Assembly (NCBI GenBank): GCA_963701075.1
Contig: OY969559.1
Coordinates: 640,001-704,000, forward strand
Length of the DNA: 64,000 nt
Direction: 5' to 3'
Source: an uncultured Nitrososphaerota archaeon
Lineage (GTDB): Archaea; Thermoproteota; Nitrososphaeria; Nitrososphaerales; Nitrosopumilaceae
Shown here one piece after another: positions 30,263 to 40,930 of the stretch (within the stretch, counting starts at the first letter, position 1; every line of letters starts with the position of its first letter). The translations under genes and the position numbers were made by a program. The notes under the pieces were generated by a model, which saw only the letters and a list, made by a program, of their open reading frames with translations, was not told the DNA's origin and did not search any database.

Positions 30263-31315
30263 ATGCAGGCGGCAAGAATTGTCAAAATAAAAGAACCACT
30301 TGAAATTCAAAATCTTGAATCTCCAAAACCTAAGGGATCTCAAGTGTTGATTAAAGTAGAATCTGCCGGAGTATGTCACAGTGATATTCACCTTTGGGAC
30401 GGGGGTTATGAAGGCCCAGGAGGTCAAATCTTGAAGACTACTGATCGAGGTGTAAAATATCCTCTAACCCCAGGTCATGAAGTTGCTGGTGTGGTAGAAA
30501 GTATGGGAGAAGACGTAGAAGGATTTGCAAAAAATGAAAAGGTTCTTGTGTTTCCGTGGATTGGTGAAGGACTATGTCCAGCTTGTAGAGTAGGCGAAGA
30601 AAATTTATGTGACAAACCTAGATCTTTGGGAGTTTACAACGATGGTGGATACGCGGAATATGTTTTGGTTCCAAGTTACAAATATCTTGCAAAAATTCCT
30701 GACTTGGATACTGACATTAGCGCCCCATTATCGTGTTCGGCTCTAACTGCATATGGTGCAGTTAAGAACGCACAGTTGAAACCTAACGATAACGTTGTGA
30801 TAGTAGGGGCGGGAGGACTTGGATTGATGGGAATACAGTTGGCAAAGGCGATTTCTGGTGCAAGAATAATAGCGATGGATCTTGATGATAATAAATTGAA
30901 GGTAGCAAAAGAAAATGGTGCAGATGCTGTTATCAATTCTAAAAATGAAGATCCTGTAAAAGCTATAATGGAGTTAACGGGAAATCTGGGAGCTGACGCA
31001 GTGATAGATTTTGTTAACGCAAGCAAGACTGTGGAAACAGATATGCAAATACTCAGACGAAGAGCACGTGTAGTTCTTGTTGGATTGTTTGGAGGAGCAT
31101 TACAACTAAATCTAGTATCTATGCCTACAAGGGCGTACAAGTTAATTGGCTCATACACTGGTTCTATGCCTGACATGTTGGAACTAGTGTCTCTGGCGCA
31201 ACGAAATATCATAAAACCCGTAATCTCAAACAAATTCAAACTAAATCAAGCAACAGAGGCGCTTACAATGTTAAAACAAGGAAAGATAATTGGGAGAGGA
31301 ATCATAAACCCATAA
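30263..31315 (+). CDS. Zn-dependent medium-chain alcohol dehydrogenase
   Basis: GVCHSD, GHEVAG, structural Zn site E/C-C-C (GEGLCPAC...NLC) and GAGGLG. Confidence 0.92.
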   Translation: MQAARIVKIKEPLEIQNLESPKPKGSQVLIKVESAGVCHSDIHLWDGGYEGPGGQILKTTDRGVKYPLTPGHEVAGVVESMGEDVEGFAKNEKVLVFPWIGEGLCPACRVGEENLCDKPRSLGVYNDGGYAEYVLVPSYKYLAKIPDLDTDISAPLSCSALTAYGAVKNAQLKPNDNVVIVGAGGLGLMGIQLAKAISGARIIAMDLDDNKLKVAKENGADAVINSKNEDPVKAIMELTGNLGADAVIDFVNASKTVETDMQILRRRARVVLVGLFGGALQLNLVSMPTRAYKLIGSYTGSMPDMLELVSLAQRNIIKPVISNKFKLNQATEALTMLKQGKIIGRGIINP

Positions 31316-31419
31316 TTTCTTCATGTTGTCAACTATGATCAAATCATCTAAAACAATCTACTACCAAGAACAACATCAGTTAAGATTAATACTGGATTGA
31401 AAAGGACTTCATTTTATGT

Positions 31420-31492
31420 GGCCCTTGTAGTACAGTGGCGAGTATAGGGGACTGTGGATCCCCGGACAGGGGTTCGATTCCCCTCAAGGGCC
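31420..31492 (+). tRNA. tRNA-His(GTG) with genomically encoded G-1
   Basis: G-GCCCTTG...GGGGA-CTGTGGA-TCCCC...AGGGG-TTCGATT-CCCCT-CAAGGGC-C. Confidence 0.93.
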
Positions 31493-31557
31493 TTTATCTT
31501 AATTTTATGACTAGTATGTGTGAATAAAATTAAAGATATCAAAAAAACTTTTACATG

Positions 31558-31917
31558 TCAAAATATGCCGTACTTGCTAGATTCCATCTCTTCTTTTATA
31601 GCAAGTTTCACCTTTGCATTTTTTTGAATAACTTTCTGTTCGAGCCATTTCAAAAATTTATGTTCCAGGGTCTTTCCCTTTATTTTTTCAAAATCTGGGC
31701 CTAATTGATCAGATAATTTTCTTACAAGTGACTTGTTAATGCATACCACATAAAAATGCCATCCAAAGGCAAATTCTGAATCAGTTATGATAAAGTCTTT
31801 TTCTCCATGAACCATTTGTTCAAGATTACTCAGTGTAGATATGATTGCCTTGCTAGTAGATTCATAGTCAGTTGCAGAAACATTGATGTTTATTCTTTCT
31901 TCCATCACATTACTCAT
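31558..31917 (-). CDS. Hypothetical protein
   Basis: 119-aa ORF in a co-oriented minus-strand gene run. Confidence 0.7.
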   Translation of the reverse strand: MSNVMEERININVSATDYESTSKAIISTLSNLEQMVHGEKDFIITDSEFAFGWHFYVVCINKSLVRKLSDQLGPDFEKIKGKTLEHKFLKWLEQKVIQKNAKVKLAIKEEMESSKYGIF

Positions 31918-31946
31918 ACAAGGTTTACAAATAAAAACATGACTGC

Positions 31947-32723
31947 CTACGAGGCATTTTGATTCAGCAAATGTTCTACTTCGATATTAAAATATGTCTT
32001 TAGTATATCCATATAGCTCTTTATCGGTGGTGGGATCTCATCCCCACATGCTATTCCCAAATTCTTTGCATTTATCCAAATCACAAGAGTCTGAAGGATT
32101 GTTAGAAATCTGGCATTTTCTATATCTTTGGATGATGATATTGTCTTTGAATATCGTTCTGCAAATTCCCACGCGGTAACAAAATCTATGCAATCAGTTC
32201 CAAATATTGCAATAACTTGTTCTTTTAGCTCATCTGATTTTTTGAATGGAGTTACATTGAGAATGTAAGGAAATTCTACCTTATCAGGTAGACAACCAGG
32301 CAATGGACCCCATATGGTTATGATTCTGCAATCTTTTTTTAATGTGGAAAATTTTTGCGTCATTTTTTCTACAATGGTCTCATCTGAAAACCAAAATAGG
32401 ATTACAGTTGCCTCGCTGATATCGGACTCTAAAACATCCTCACACTTTAAAACCCAATTAGAAAGATTTTTGCCTTCAAGTGTTTTCTTGGCAGATGAGA
32501 TTTTCTCACTGTTGTTATCCACACCAATTGCTTTTTTTACTCCAAATTCTTCTAATGCAATGGCTAAACCATGTCCGTTGCCACATCCTAAATGATAAAA
32601 AATATCATTTTTGCTCAAGGAGACAAACTCGAAAATCTCCCTGAGTATATCATCTCGCAATTCAACATTTTCGCCTGTCATAATTGATGCAGGAAGTGTG
32701 CTTAGATATTCCTCTATTTTCAT
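31947..32723 (-). CDS. Class I SAM-dependent methyltransferase
   Basis: FYHLGCGNG motif I, AIGVD and DISEATVI. Confidence 0.82.
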   Translation of the reverse strand: MKIEEYLSTLPASIMTGENVELRDDILREIFEFVSLSKNDIFYHLGCGNGHGLAIALEEFGVKKAIGVDNNSEKISSAKKTLEGKNLSNWVLKCEDVLESDISEATVILFWFSDETIVEKMTQKFSTLKKDCRIITIWGPLPGCLPDKVEFPYILNVTPFKKSDELKEQVIAIFGTDCIDFVTAWEFAERYSKTISSSKDIENARFLTILQTLVIWINAKNLGIACGDEIPPPIKSYMDILKTYFNIEVEHLLNQNAS

Positions 32724-32748
32724 ACTAAAAGAAGTCTCTAGACTAAAT

Positions 32749-33022
32749 TTATTCCCTTATTCTCTCTAGGGTGGATACAGCCTGCCATAGCGTTACTCTC
32801 ACGTATGATGGCATGTTTGGGTCTTGTGTTATTTCGTCAAGTACGCTTATGGCATTCGAAGACTCTTACGGAAACAGAATATTCCTGTTTTTTTAGTTCA
32901 ATTACTAGATCCGAGAGATTTTTCTTTATATTTTTTGGAGTTGAAGGATTTGTAGTTATATCTTCAAGCGTAATGATTGCAGCATTGAGAGTTTCATCAT
33001 TTGGATTTTTCTTTTCTGTCAT
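32749..33022 (-). CDS. UPF0147 family protein; apparent frameshift at 32860-32864
   Basis: Restored reading ...TPKNIKK...SVRASNAISVLDEITQDPNMPSYVRVTLWQAVSTLERIRE*. Confidence 0.85.
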
Positions 33023-33068
33023 ACATGGATCACGCTAAACTAATTGTACTTATTTTATAAAGTTTGCA

Positions 33069-33377
33069 TCATGCTTCTAAAAAGATGTTTCCTGATTCTA
33101 CTATTACTTTGTATGACTGTAAATCCTTTATTTTGGCCGGAAAAGCTGAAAGATTTCCTGTTTTACAATCAAATTTTGCTCCATGCCAACCGCATGTCAA
33201 CATCTGTCCCTCTAAACTTCCTTCAGAAAGACTAGCCCCTGCATGTGTACAAGTATCATTCATTGCATAAAAATTGCCATCTATATTGACCACTAGTATC
33301 TCCTTTCCGTCAGCTGCCACCTTTTGCATTTTGCCTGGTGGAATATCTGCGGCCTTACAAACAATTATTTTTCCCAT
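33069..33377 (-). CDS. Rieske-type [2Fe-2S] ferredoxin
   Basis: CTHAG...CGWHGAKFD. Confidence 0.9.
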   Translation of the reverse strand: MGKIIVCKAADIPPGKMQKVAADGKEILVVNIDGNFYAMNDTCTHAGASLSEGSLEGQMLTCGWHGAKFDCKTGNLSAFPAKIKDLQSYKVIVESGNIFLEA

Positions 33378-33438
33378 GACTAATCTTCTCTTTGCAACTC
33401 AATAATTTTAATGTTCTATGTGTATTGGCATGAAAACT

Positions 33439-34308
33439 CTAGACAAACTTTATTGTATTTTCTAATTTCCCAAGACTTTCTATTTCCATCTCTATTTTAT
33501 CGCCATTTTTCAAAAACACAGCATCAGGTTTGTTTAGCATGACTCCTGCAGGAGTACCAGTTGATATGATATCACCTTTTTCCAATGTCATTACCTTGCT
33601 TAGGATTGAAACTATTGAAGCTACTTTGAGATGCATGTTTGAGGTAGATGAATTTTGTCTGATGATACCATTTACTTTAGTTATCATCTTGAGATTCTGT
33701 GGATCGGATATTTCGTCAGAAGTAGTTATCCAAGGTCCACATGGAGCAAATGTATCAAATCCCTTTGCACGAGTGAATTGTTTATCTTTAGCTTGTATAT
33801 CCCGGGCTGAAGCATCGTTTAATATCATATAGCCAAATATGATTTTTTTTGCCTCTTCCTCTGAAATATTTTTGCAGTCTTTTCCTATTATCAACGCAAG
33901 TTCTATTTCATAATCAAGCTTTGACACAAATGATGGACAAATTATGTCGGAAGTTGCTCCATTGAGTGTTGATCTTGGTTTTATTATTATGGCAGGTTCA
34001 TCTGGCGGGATTAAGTTTTGTTCTTTTGCATGATCCTTATAGTTAAATGCTAGACAAATTATTTTTGATGGATTTGGAATGGGAGGCAGAAGTTTAAAAT
34101 CTGATATTTTATTATCATAGTTAAGCTGAGAAGCTTTTTGTTTTATTTCATCATACCAACCGTCGAACAAAAAGTCCTTGATGCTCTGTGGTATTGGAAT
34201 TCCTGTTTGTGTAGCAATGCTTTCTCTTGTAAGAACTTTGCCCTCATTAACAAATCCATATGTTTCCATGTTTTCTTTTACTAATCTAGCAATCTTCATT
34301 TTATTCAC
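33439..34308 (-). CDS. Fumarylacetoacetate hydrolase family protein
   Basis: KIICLAFNYKDH, DYEIEL, NDASARD, AKGFDTF and STGTPAGV. Confidence 0.92.
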   Translation of the reverse strand: MNKMKIARLVKENMETYGFVNEGKVLTRESIATQTGIPIPQSIKDFLFDGWYDEIKQKASQLNYDNKISDFKLLPPIPNPSKIICLAFNYKDHAKEQNLIPPDEPAIIIKPRSTLNGATSDIICPSFVSKLDYEIELALIIGKDCKNISEEEAKKIIFGYMILNDASARDIQAKDKQFTRAKGFDTFAPCGPWITTSDEISDPQNLKMITKVNGIIRQNSSTSNMHLKVASIVSILSKVMTLEKGDIISTGTPAGVMLNKPDAVFLKNGDKIEMEIESLGKLENTIKFV

Positions 34309-36011
34309 TTGTGCGTGTATATCACTTGATTTGCAGAATCTTTTCTACAATATCCGTATCTTACGAACTGAATTTCTGTACCCACATTTAATTCTAAGTA
34401 GTGCGGTTCAGTAAACGCTTGTTTGATTTCCAAGCTGTTTTCATTGAATTGTTCATTTACAAAAAGAATTTTTGGAATTAAAACCTCGATTTTTACAACA
34501 TTTTGTCTAGGAATCCACTGAATCTTTGGAATTTGAGGCTTGAAATTATTGTCTGTCATCTCTGCCTCTATATCTATTCCAACTTTGGTTATTCTGATAT
34601 TGTACAACTCCAACAGTCTTATTTCATCTCCAACTTTCAGAGATTTTACATCATCACCTGATATGTAAAAAGATCCATCCACCAGGACTTTCCTTTTGCC
34701 CATGTCTTTCTGTGGATGATTTGGTATGTCTATCTCTGTCAGGTTGTTGTTTTTTACTGTTAATTTTACAGGATCCATGACAATGAATAATCTGATGCTT
34801 GTTGGGTCAACTATTTTTCTATTAAATGACTCTAAAGTTTCAAAAGGTGCAAGGGTGTCAGATTTTGTGAAACTCAATGAAAGCACAAACTTTCTAATTG
34901 CCTCAGGAACAATTCCACGTCTTCGCATTGCTTCAAGAGTTGGCAATCTTGGATCATCATAGCCCGAAACTTTCCCATCTTCTACAAGCGGCTTCAATAC
35001 TCTCTTAGATACGGGCATTCCATCAAACTCTAACCTTGCAAATTCAAGAACTGTCGGTTTTCTCATTTTGAGCTTATCTAGAATTGCATAATAAAGCTCA
35101 TTTCGGAGCTCATATTCTTTCGTTCTAAACGCATGTGTTATGCCATCAACACTATCTTCTATAGCTACTGCAAAATCATAATTTGGCCATACCCTGTACT
35201 TATCTTTGTGAATTGGATGAGGTTCATCTATTATTCTTAGTAATGTGGGATCGCGCATAACTGTGTTTTCAGAATGCATATCTCCGCGAAATCTTACAAT
35301 TGCCTCTCCAGGTTTATACTTTTTAAACATGTCATTCCAACGTTTTGTGTTTTGTGAAAGATCTCCTGAACTACATTTACACGATAACATTTCACGTCTG
35401 TTTTTACTTATTGTTTCCTTGTTGCAAGTGCATACATATGCACTTCCGGATTGAATTATTTCTTCCGCCTTCTTGTACATTAATTCCATGTCATCTGAAG
35501 TATTCTTTACATGATCATACTTTACGCCCAACCAATCTAACCCTACTTTTATTGCGGCATAATACTCTAATCGTTCCTTCTCTGGATTTGTATCATCAAA
35601 TCTAAAGATTAGTTTGCCTCCATACATTCGTGCATATTCTTCGTCTATTATTGCAGCTTTTGCATGACCTATGTGTGGATATCCATTAGGTTCTGGAGGA
35701 AATCTAGTGACTATTTTTCCTTGTTCCGCTCCATCGAGAGGTGGTAGGCCGTCTCTGGCCTGTTTTGGTTTAGCTACAAGCAATTCTGGAAATTTATTTT
35801 CAAGCTCTGATTTCTGTATCGGTAGTGAAAGTGTGTTTACTTCATTTACTATCTCAGAAATGATAGGTATTACCTCTTTTGTTTTCCCTCTAAGTTCGGG
35901 TCTAGACCCCATAACTTTTGAAATTACTGCATCGTTTCTAGTTTTTCCATCGTGTTCAGAGGCATTTAACAGAGCAATTCCACGTATTATTTTCCTTATC
36001 TCGTCATCCAA
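34305..36011 (-). CDS. gltX: Glutamate--tRNA ligase
   Basis: TRFPPEPNGYPHIGH, RFDDTNP, VSKR and DDPRLPT. Confidence 0.95.
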   Translation of the reverse strand: MDDEIRKIIRGIALLNASEHDGKTRNDAVISKVMGSRPELRGKTKEVIPIISEIVNEVNTLSLPIQKSELENKFPELLVAKPKQARDGLPPLDGAEQGKIVTRFPPEPNGYPHIGHAKAAIIDEEYARMYGGKLIFRFDDTNPEKERLEYYAAIKVGLDWLGVKYDHVKNTSDDMELMYKKAEEIIQSGSAYVCTCNKETISKNRREMLSCKCSSGDLSQNTKRWNDMFKKYKPGEAIVRFRGDMHSENTVMRDPTLLRIIDEPHPIHKDKYRVWPNYDFAVAIEDSVDGITHAFRTKEYELRNELYYAILDKLKMRKPTVLEFARLEFDGMPVSKRVLKPLVEDGKVSGYDDPRLPTLEAMRRRGIVPEAIRKFVLSLSFTKSDTLAPFETLESFNRKIVDPTSIRLFIVMDPVKLTVKNNNLTEIDIPNHPQKDMGKRKVLVDGSFYISGDDVKSLKVGDEIRLLELYNIRITKVGIDIEAEMTDNNFKPQIPKIQWIPRQNVVKIEVLIPKILFVNEQFNENSLEIKQAFTEPHYLELNVGTEIQFVRYGYCRKDSANQVIYTHK

Positions 36012-36989
36012 TTATAGAGTCCTCTCTACTACAAAATCTAACAAGGAAAGCAGATCTTTCCTTGCGGGATTATCATACCTAGAAATGGATTTCTTTGCAG
36101 TATCCAAGTGGTAAGAAGCTTTTTTTCGTATTGTTTTTTCAATTCCAAGAGATGATATTACTTCCACGGCCTTTTCCACTTCGGTCTTTGATATTGATAT
36201 ATTCCCAAAGGCATTGAGAATGATTCTTTTCTCTTTTCCCTCTGCAAGTTTTATGGCTAAAAGAATAGGTAAGGACTTTTTCCCTTCTCTTATGTCATTT
36301 CCTACGGGCTTTTTTGTAATTCTGGGGTTTCCTATGACCCCAATCAGATCATCAATTATTTGGAAAGCTATGCCTAGATTTTTGCCGTAAATGGCAAGTC
36401 TTCCCACATCTGATTTTGTAGTATTTGCAGAGAGAGCACCCATTGCACAAGCCGCTACAAATAGAGATGAAGTCTTTTTTTCTATCATCTTTATGTATTG
36501 TGGTTCTGTGGGAATAATCTTTGACTGGGCCATACTTATGTCTAATACTTGTCCCTCGCACACATCACTACATGCTCTTGAAAGTGTAGATATGAGAGAA
36601 AGACTTACTTCTTTTGGAATATGCATGGCAGAATCTGAAATAATTTCAAATGCTTTTGAAAAAAGCAGATCGCCAGCTAGAATTCCAACTGGAATGCCAA
36701 ATTTCATATGTACTGTAGGAACTCCATGTCTTACTTCGTCTTTATCCATAATGTCATCATGAACTAATGTGAAGTTATGTATCATCTCAACTGCAGCAGC
36801 TGCGGGAATTGCTTGTTTTATGGATCCTCCTAAAAGCTCACAGCTCTTTAGGACCAAATATGGTCTTAGACGTTTTCCTCCGTGCTCAATTAGATAACTT
36901 GCAGCCCTGTATAGATCCGAGGGTTCACCTTTTAGCCTAGACAAGAGAAATGAATCAATTCTTGTTGCTATCTTAACAACATTATTCAA
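36012..36989 (-). CDS. Geranylgeranyl diphosphate synthase (polyprenyl synthetase); start probably the TTG overlapping the idi stop
   Basis: GGKRLRP, HNFTLVHDDIMD, GQVLD, FQIIDD and GNDIREGKKS. Confidence 0.92.
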   Translation of the reverse strand: MNNVVKIATRIDSFLLSRLKGEPSDLYRAASYLIEHGGKRLRPYLVLKSCELLGGSIKQAIPAAAAVEMIHNFTLVHDDIMDKDEVRHGVPTVHMKFGIPVGILAGDLLFSKAFEIISDSAMHIPKEVSLSLISTLSRACSDVCEGQVLDISMAQSKIIPTEPQYIKMIEKKTSSLFVAACAMGALSANTTKSDVGRLAIYGKNLGIAFQIIDDLIGVIGNPRITKKPVGNDIREGKKSLPILLAIKLAEGKEKRIILNAFGNISISKTEVEKAVEVISSLGIEKTIRKKASYHLDTAKKSISRYDNPARKDLLSLLDFVVERTL

Positions 36990-37630
36990 TTGCGTTCCTC
37001 TTTCAACTCCCACCGATGATCTGGAAAATGATATTTCAAAGATGCTTCTAAACGATTTTTGAGGTCGTCTCTGTTCCACATTTTAAGAATTTTCTTGTGA
37101 TCTTCTGTCACATTATTCTTTGACTCGGAAAGAAAATACAACGCAACTAGCATCCAAGGACAGAAGATCTGTGGGGATTTCTCAATTTCAGATAAAAGCT
37201 CATCAAATGTTACCAATTTGATTGCAGAGATTTCGTCTTCTACGAGTTTTATTTTCTTAGAATCTTTTACTATGCCTATGAGAGTGCCACAAACCTCATT
37301 TTCAGAACCTATATTTTTGTATGGAACATGGTATTCAAACTTGAACAAGTAATCCAATTTGCAAGTTATTCCAAGCTCTTCTGGGAGTCTTCTTTCCGCT
37401 GAAGGCACATATGTTTCAGATTGTCTGGGATGACTTGCAACGGTTCCATCCCAATCTCCAGGCCAAAGCATCTTGCTCATACTTCTCTGTGTTAACAAAA
37501 GTTTTCCATCATTACTGAATAACAAAATTGTAAATGCCCTGTGTAATTTTCCATTAAGCAGGTGGCATTTTGTTTTCTCTTCAGTTCCTACCTGATTATC
37601 GTTACTGTCTACCAGAATTAAATACTCCAT
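36986..37630 (-). CDS. idi: Type 1 (Nudix-fold) isopentenyl-diphosphate delta-isomerase
   Basis: GKLHRAF, LLTQRS..K..WPG.W, SHP, RRLPEELGI, ENEVC and PW. Confidence 0.88.
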   Translation of the reverse strand: MEYLILVDSNDNQVGTEEKTKCHLLNGKLHRAFTILLFSNDGKLLLTQRSMSKMLWPGDWDGTVASHPRQSETYVPSAERRLPEELGITCKLDYLFKFEYHVPYKNIGSENEVCGTLIGIVKDSKKIKLVEDEISAIKLVTFDELLSEIEKSPQIFCPWMLVALYFLSESKNNVTEDHKKILKMWNRDDLKNRLEASLKYHFPDHRWELKEERN

Positions 37631-37636
37631 CTTTGT

Positions 37637-38377
37637 TTATCCTCTAAATATAGTCCCTTCAAATTCTTTGTCATTTATTGCATTCACTATTCTTTGAGGT
37701 ATCTTTCCATTCACAAAGAAGACGTTAGTTCCACTCTTCGACATATCAATAGCCTCTTTTATTTTACGATTCATTCCTCCAGTAACATCCATTTTTACAT
37801 CTGAAATTGTAGGTCTCTCTGTAGTTATTTCATGAATTAATTTTTTAGTCTTGATGTTGGAGTATACCCCATCTACATTTGTTACAAAAATTGCAAGACG
37901 AGGTTTCAAGATTCTAGTCAACATTCCCATTATTTTGTCTCCAGACAATATGTAGAACTTATTTTTGCCAAACCACATGACATCCCCATAAGAGATAGGA
38001 ATCAGTCCAGTATTGGAAATTTTTGGAATCTCTTTAACTTTTTTTATTATTGGCTTGTTTCCAAAAATAAAATCAGTTGGAGGTAAGCAGTATGGATTAA
38101 GACGTGATCTAAGAAATGATTGAAGAACCAGTTTATTTAATTCTACCATGGAATTCTTGACAACTGAAACACCTTTGACACTATATCTGTCAGGTTTTGT
38201 GTGCATGTTATATTTTACAGACCAGTAATGTCCAAAAGAACCTCCCCCATGAACTATCATATATGGCTCCTTTACCTTTCTCAAGTGAGAAGCAATTTGT
38301 TTAATCGCAGGTACATTGGCTGTTAGTGGTTTTTGTTTGTTTGTAATTATTGATCCGCCCAGTTTGATCAAAATCAT
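37637..38377 (-). CDS. ipk: Isopentenyl phosphate kinase
   Basis: ILIKLGGSIITNK, VHGGGSFGH, SGD and DVTGGM; within the mevalonate cluster. Confidence 0.9.
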   Translation of the reverse strand: MILIKLGGSIITNKQKPLTANVPAIKQIASHLRKVKEPYMIVHGGGSFGHYWSVKYNMHTKPDRYSVKGVSVVKNSMVELNKLVLQSFLRSRLNPYCLPPTDFIFGNKPIIKKVKEIPKISNTGLIPISYGDVMWFGKNKFYILSGDKIMGMLTRILKPRLAIFVTNVDGVYSNIKTKKLIHEITTERPTISDVKMDVTGGMNRKIKEAIDMSKSGTNVFFVNGKIPQRIVNAINDKEFEGTIFRG

Positions 38378-38451
38378 GATTTTTAACAATGATATGGTCG
38401 GTTTTAAAAAGTATCTCTCATGTTTCTGCCTATAATCATTACGAAGGAGTT

Positions 38452-39412
38452 TTAACTTGTATTGCAATAGATTAATCCATCAAAGTCTATCTTTGCAATA
38501 AAACAGTCACTGATTTTTTTTAAATTCTCTAATGTGATGGTTGCATTAGACTCATCTACTAGGGAAATTATACAACCGCCTCCTCCTGCTCCTGTTATTT
38601 TAGCTCCATACGACGTCTTGGATGCTTCTTTTATGAGAAGATCAAGCTTATCTGTTGACACATTTATTTTCTCTAATAATTCTTGATTTTCTGATATTAG
38701 AGAACCTAGTTCGTTTAGATTGTTTTCTTTCAATTTCAACAATGCCTCTCTTATCAATTTCTCCTCCTGTTTGCACATTTCCGCAAACATCTTTTCATTC
38801 TTGTTTTTAAATTCCCTTACCTTCAAAACAATTTCTCTTGTACTGTGAACCTGATTTGAGTTTGCTATTATCAAACTAAGATTATTTTTAAAATCAATTT
38901 TCTCAAATCCATTTTTGTCATATGACACAAGTCCACCAAAAGTAGAGACGGATGAATCTGCACCTGACACATCTTCAAATATTACACGTTCAGATTCGAT
39001 AGATCTCTTTAGAATCTGTTCCTTTGACTTTTTATCAAATAGTCCAGCAACTGATGCTGTTACGGCAACGCATGCAGCTCGAGGATGATCCAAGACCTAT
39101 TCCTGCAGGAATATCTGATTTTAGAACTATCTCTACGCCTTTGTTTTCATTGAATTCTTTCAAGGTTTCTTTTGTAATGTAAAAAAAAGGCTTCATAAAT
39201 CTAGTTGATATTGAATTCATGTCTGACGATGCATCCAAAGCAATCTCGGCATTTCCCAGTTCTGACTTTATGCGTATCTTTGGTTCATCTAAAAACTGAG
39301 AAGTTGCTGTAATCCTCTTATCTATGGCACAAAGTATTGCCTTGACACCATATACTACAAAATGCTCTCCAAAAAGAATTACCTTACCTGGAGCTGATGC
39401 TGTTGATTTCAT
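38452..39412 (-). CDS. mvk: Mevalonate kinase; apparent frameshift at about 39080
   Basis: APGKVILFGEHFVVYG, restored PAGIGLGSSSAAC, SGAD and KITGAGGGG. Confidence 0.92.
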
Positions 39413-40245
39413 GAAAAAATGATCGATGCATATCCTACCACTGAATTTTTTTCACCTGTGACATCTCCACTGGTAGCATACTTTGCTAAGGTACCTCTAG
39501 TAGCGCCCAATTCTTTGCAGGCTATCATGGTAGAAGCTATCGCTCCATATCCGCATGCACTAACTTGATTCTTCTGTAAAATGTTATAGAGTTCATCGAT
39601 ATCCATTTTCAATATGGGTTCGATCAAAGATTTGTCTTGCTTATGTGCAAATTCATTTTCTTCATAATGTGTAAAGTCGGAAGAACCAATTATCACAGTT
39701 TTTTTATTTTTTACTATCTTTGATACTGACATGCCTATTTCTGTAGCAGCATTGTAGCTCTGATCTATCAAAATTATGGGTAATATCTTAAATTTATGAG
39801 AATAGATTTCTTGTAGCATTGGTATTTGTACTTCAAGACTATGATCTCTTGTATGTGAAAAAAAATCCAATTCTACATTCTTTGATACCTTGTTAATCTC
39901 AAGTGCTGCATCTGTATCAACCTCAACATCTCCAAGTGGTGTCCTCCACACCGCGTCTTTCATTGCAGCTATGTTACAGCCAATTCCCCAATGATTTGGC
40001 CCTATGATTATTACAAGATCTGGTTTTAATGAAGAAATTGCATAATAAGAGTATGCGGCAATTGGGCCAGAGTACATGTATCCGGCATGAGGACAAATGA
40101 CTCCGATTGTGTTTTTGCCATCTGGAAAGGGAGGTAATTTTCCAGGGCCGAAACTATGTAGGAAACAATCTCTAATAGTTGATCTTAACTCTTGTTGAGT
40201 TTTTGGATAGAACATTCCAGTCACAGCTGGTGTTCTTACCTGCAT
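39409..40245 (-). CDS. MEMO1 family protein (AmmeMemoRadiSam protein B)
   Basis: RTPAVTGMFYP, PHAGYMYSG, HSLEVQIP, SSDFTHY and CGYG. Confidence 0.92.
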   Translation of the reverse strand: MQVRTPAVTGMFYPKTQQELRSTIRDCFLHSFGPGKLPPFPDGKNTIGVICPHAGYMYSGPIAAYSYYAISSLKPDLVIIIGPNHWGIGCNIAAMKDAVWRTPLGDVEVDTDAALEINKVSKNVELDFFSHTRDHSLEVQIPMLQEIYSHKFKILPIILIDQSYNAATEIGMSVSKIVKNKKTVIIGSSDFTHYEENEFAHKQDKSLIEPILKMDIDELYNILQKNQVSACGYGAIASTMIACKELGATRGTLAKYATSGDVTGEKNSVVGYASIIFS

Positions 40246-40249
40246 TGTG

Positions 40250-40921
40250 TTATTGCCTCTGATTTCTTGTTCTCAGTGGTGGCATTCTTTCAGATTCTTC
40301 TTCTAATTCTTCTTCTGTTATTTTAGTTTCAAAGTCTTCTATTTCGTATTTCATTGACTCGTCAGCCTTGATATTTCCTTTTTGTAATAATATTTCTCTA
40401 GCTAATAGCCAATAGATTGCAGCAAGAGATTTCCTACCTCTGTTATTCGCAGGTATGACTAGATCAACTTTGGACGTCACATTGTCTGTATTTGCAATTG
40501 CAATGACGGGTATTCCAGCATTCGTAGCTTCCAAAATTGCTTGTTCGTCTACCTGAGGATCTGCTACTAGAACTAATTCTGGTTCTATGTAATAAGGCAA
40601 AAGCGGATTGGTGAGAGTGCCTGGCATAAATCTCCCAAGCATAGGGGTTGCACCTATAAGTTCACAAAATTTTTCAATTGGAGTACTTGCATATTCTCTT
40701 CCTGAACAAATGAATACCTTTGAGATAGTTGCCCTATTGATGAATTTAGCAGCTGTCTGAATACGGGACAATGTTTTCTTGCTATCTATAATGTAAAGAC
40801 CCTCGTTTGTTGCCTTTGTAATGAACGGTATCATGAATTTTGTCTTAACTTGAGTACCTACTCTTATCCCTGTAGACAACACATACTTTTCCATATGTTC
40901 AAATTCTTCTTGCTTAATCAT
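40250..40921 (-). CDS. rps2: 30S ribosomal protein S2
   Basis: GRFMPGTLTNP, NTDN and PANNRGRKS. Confidence 0.95.
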   Translation of the reverse strand: MIKQEEFEHMEKYVLSTGIRVGTQVKTKFMIPFITKATNEGLYIIDSKKTLSRIQTAAKFINRATISKVFICSGREYASTPIEKFCELIGATPMLGRFMPGTLTNPLLPYYIEPELVLVADPQVDEQAILEATNAGIPVIAIANTDNVTSKVDLVIPANNRGRKSLAAIYWLLAREILLQKGNIKADESMKYEIEDFETKITEEELEEESERMPPLRTRNQRQ

Positions 40922-40930
40922 GACGTGTTC

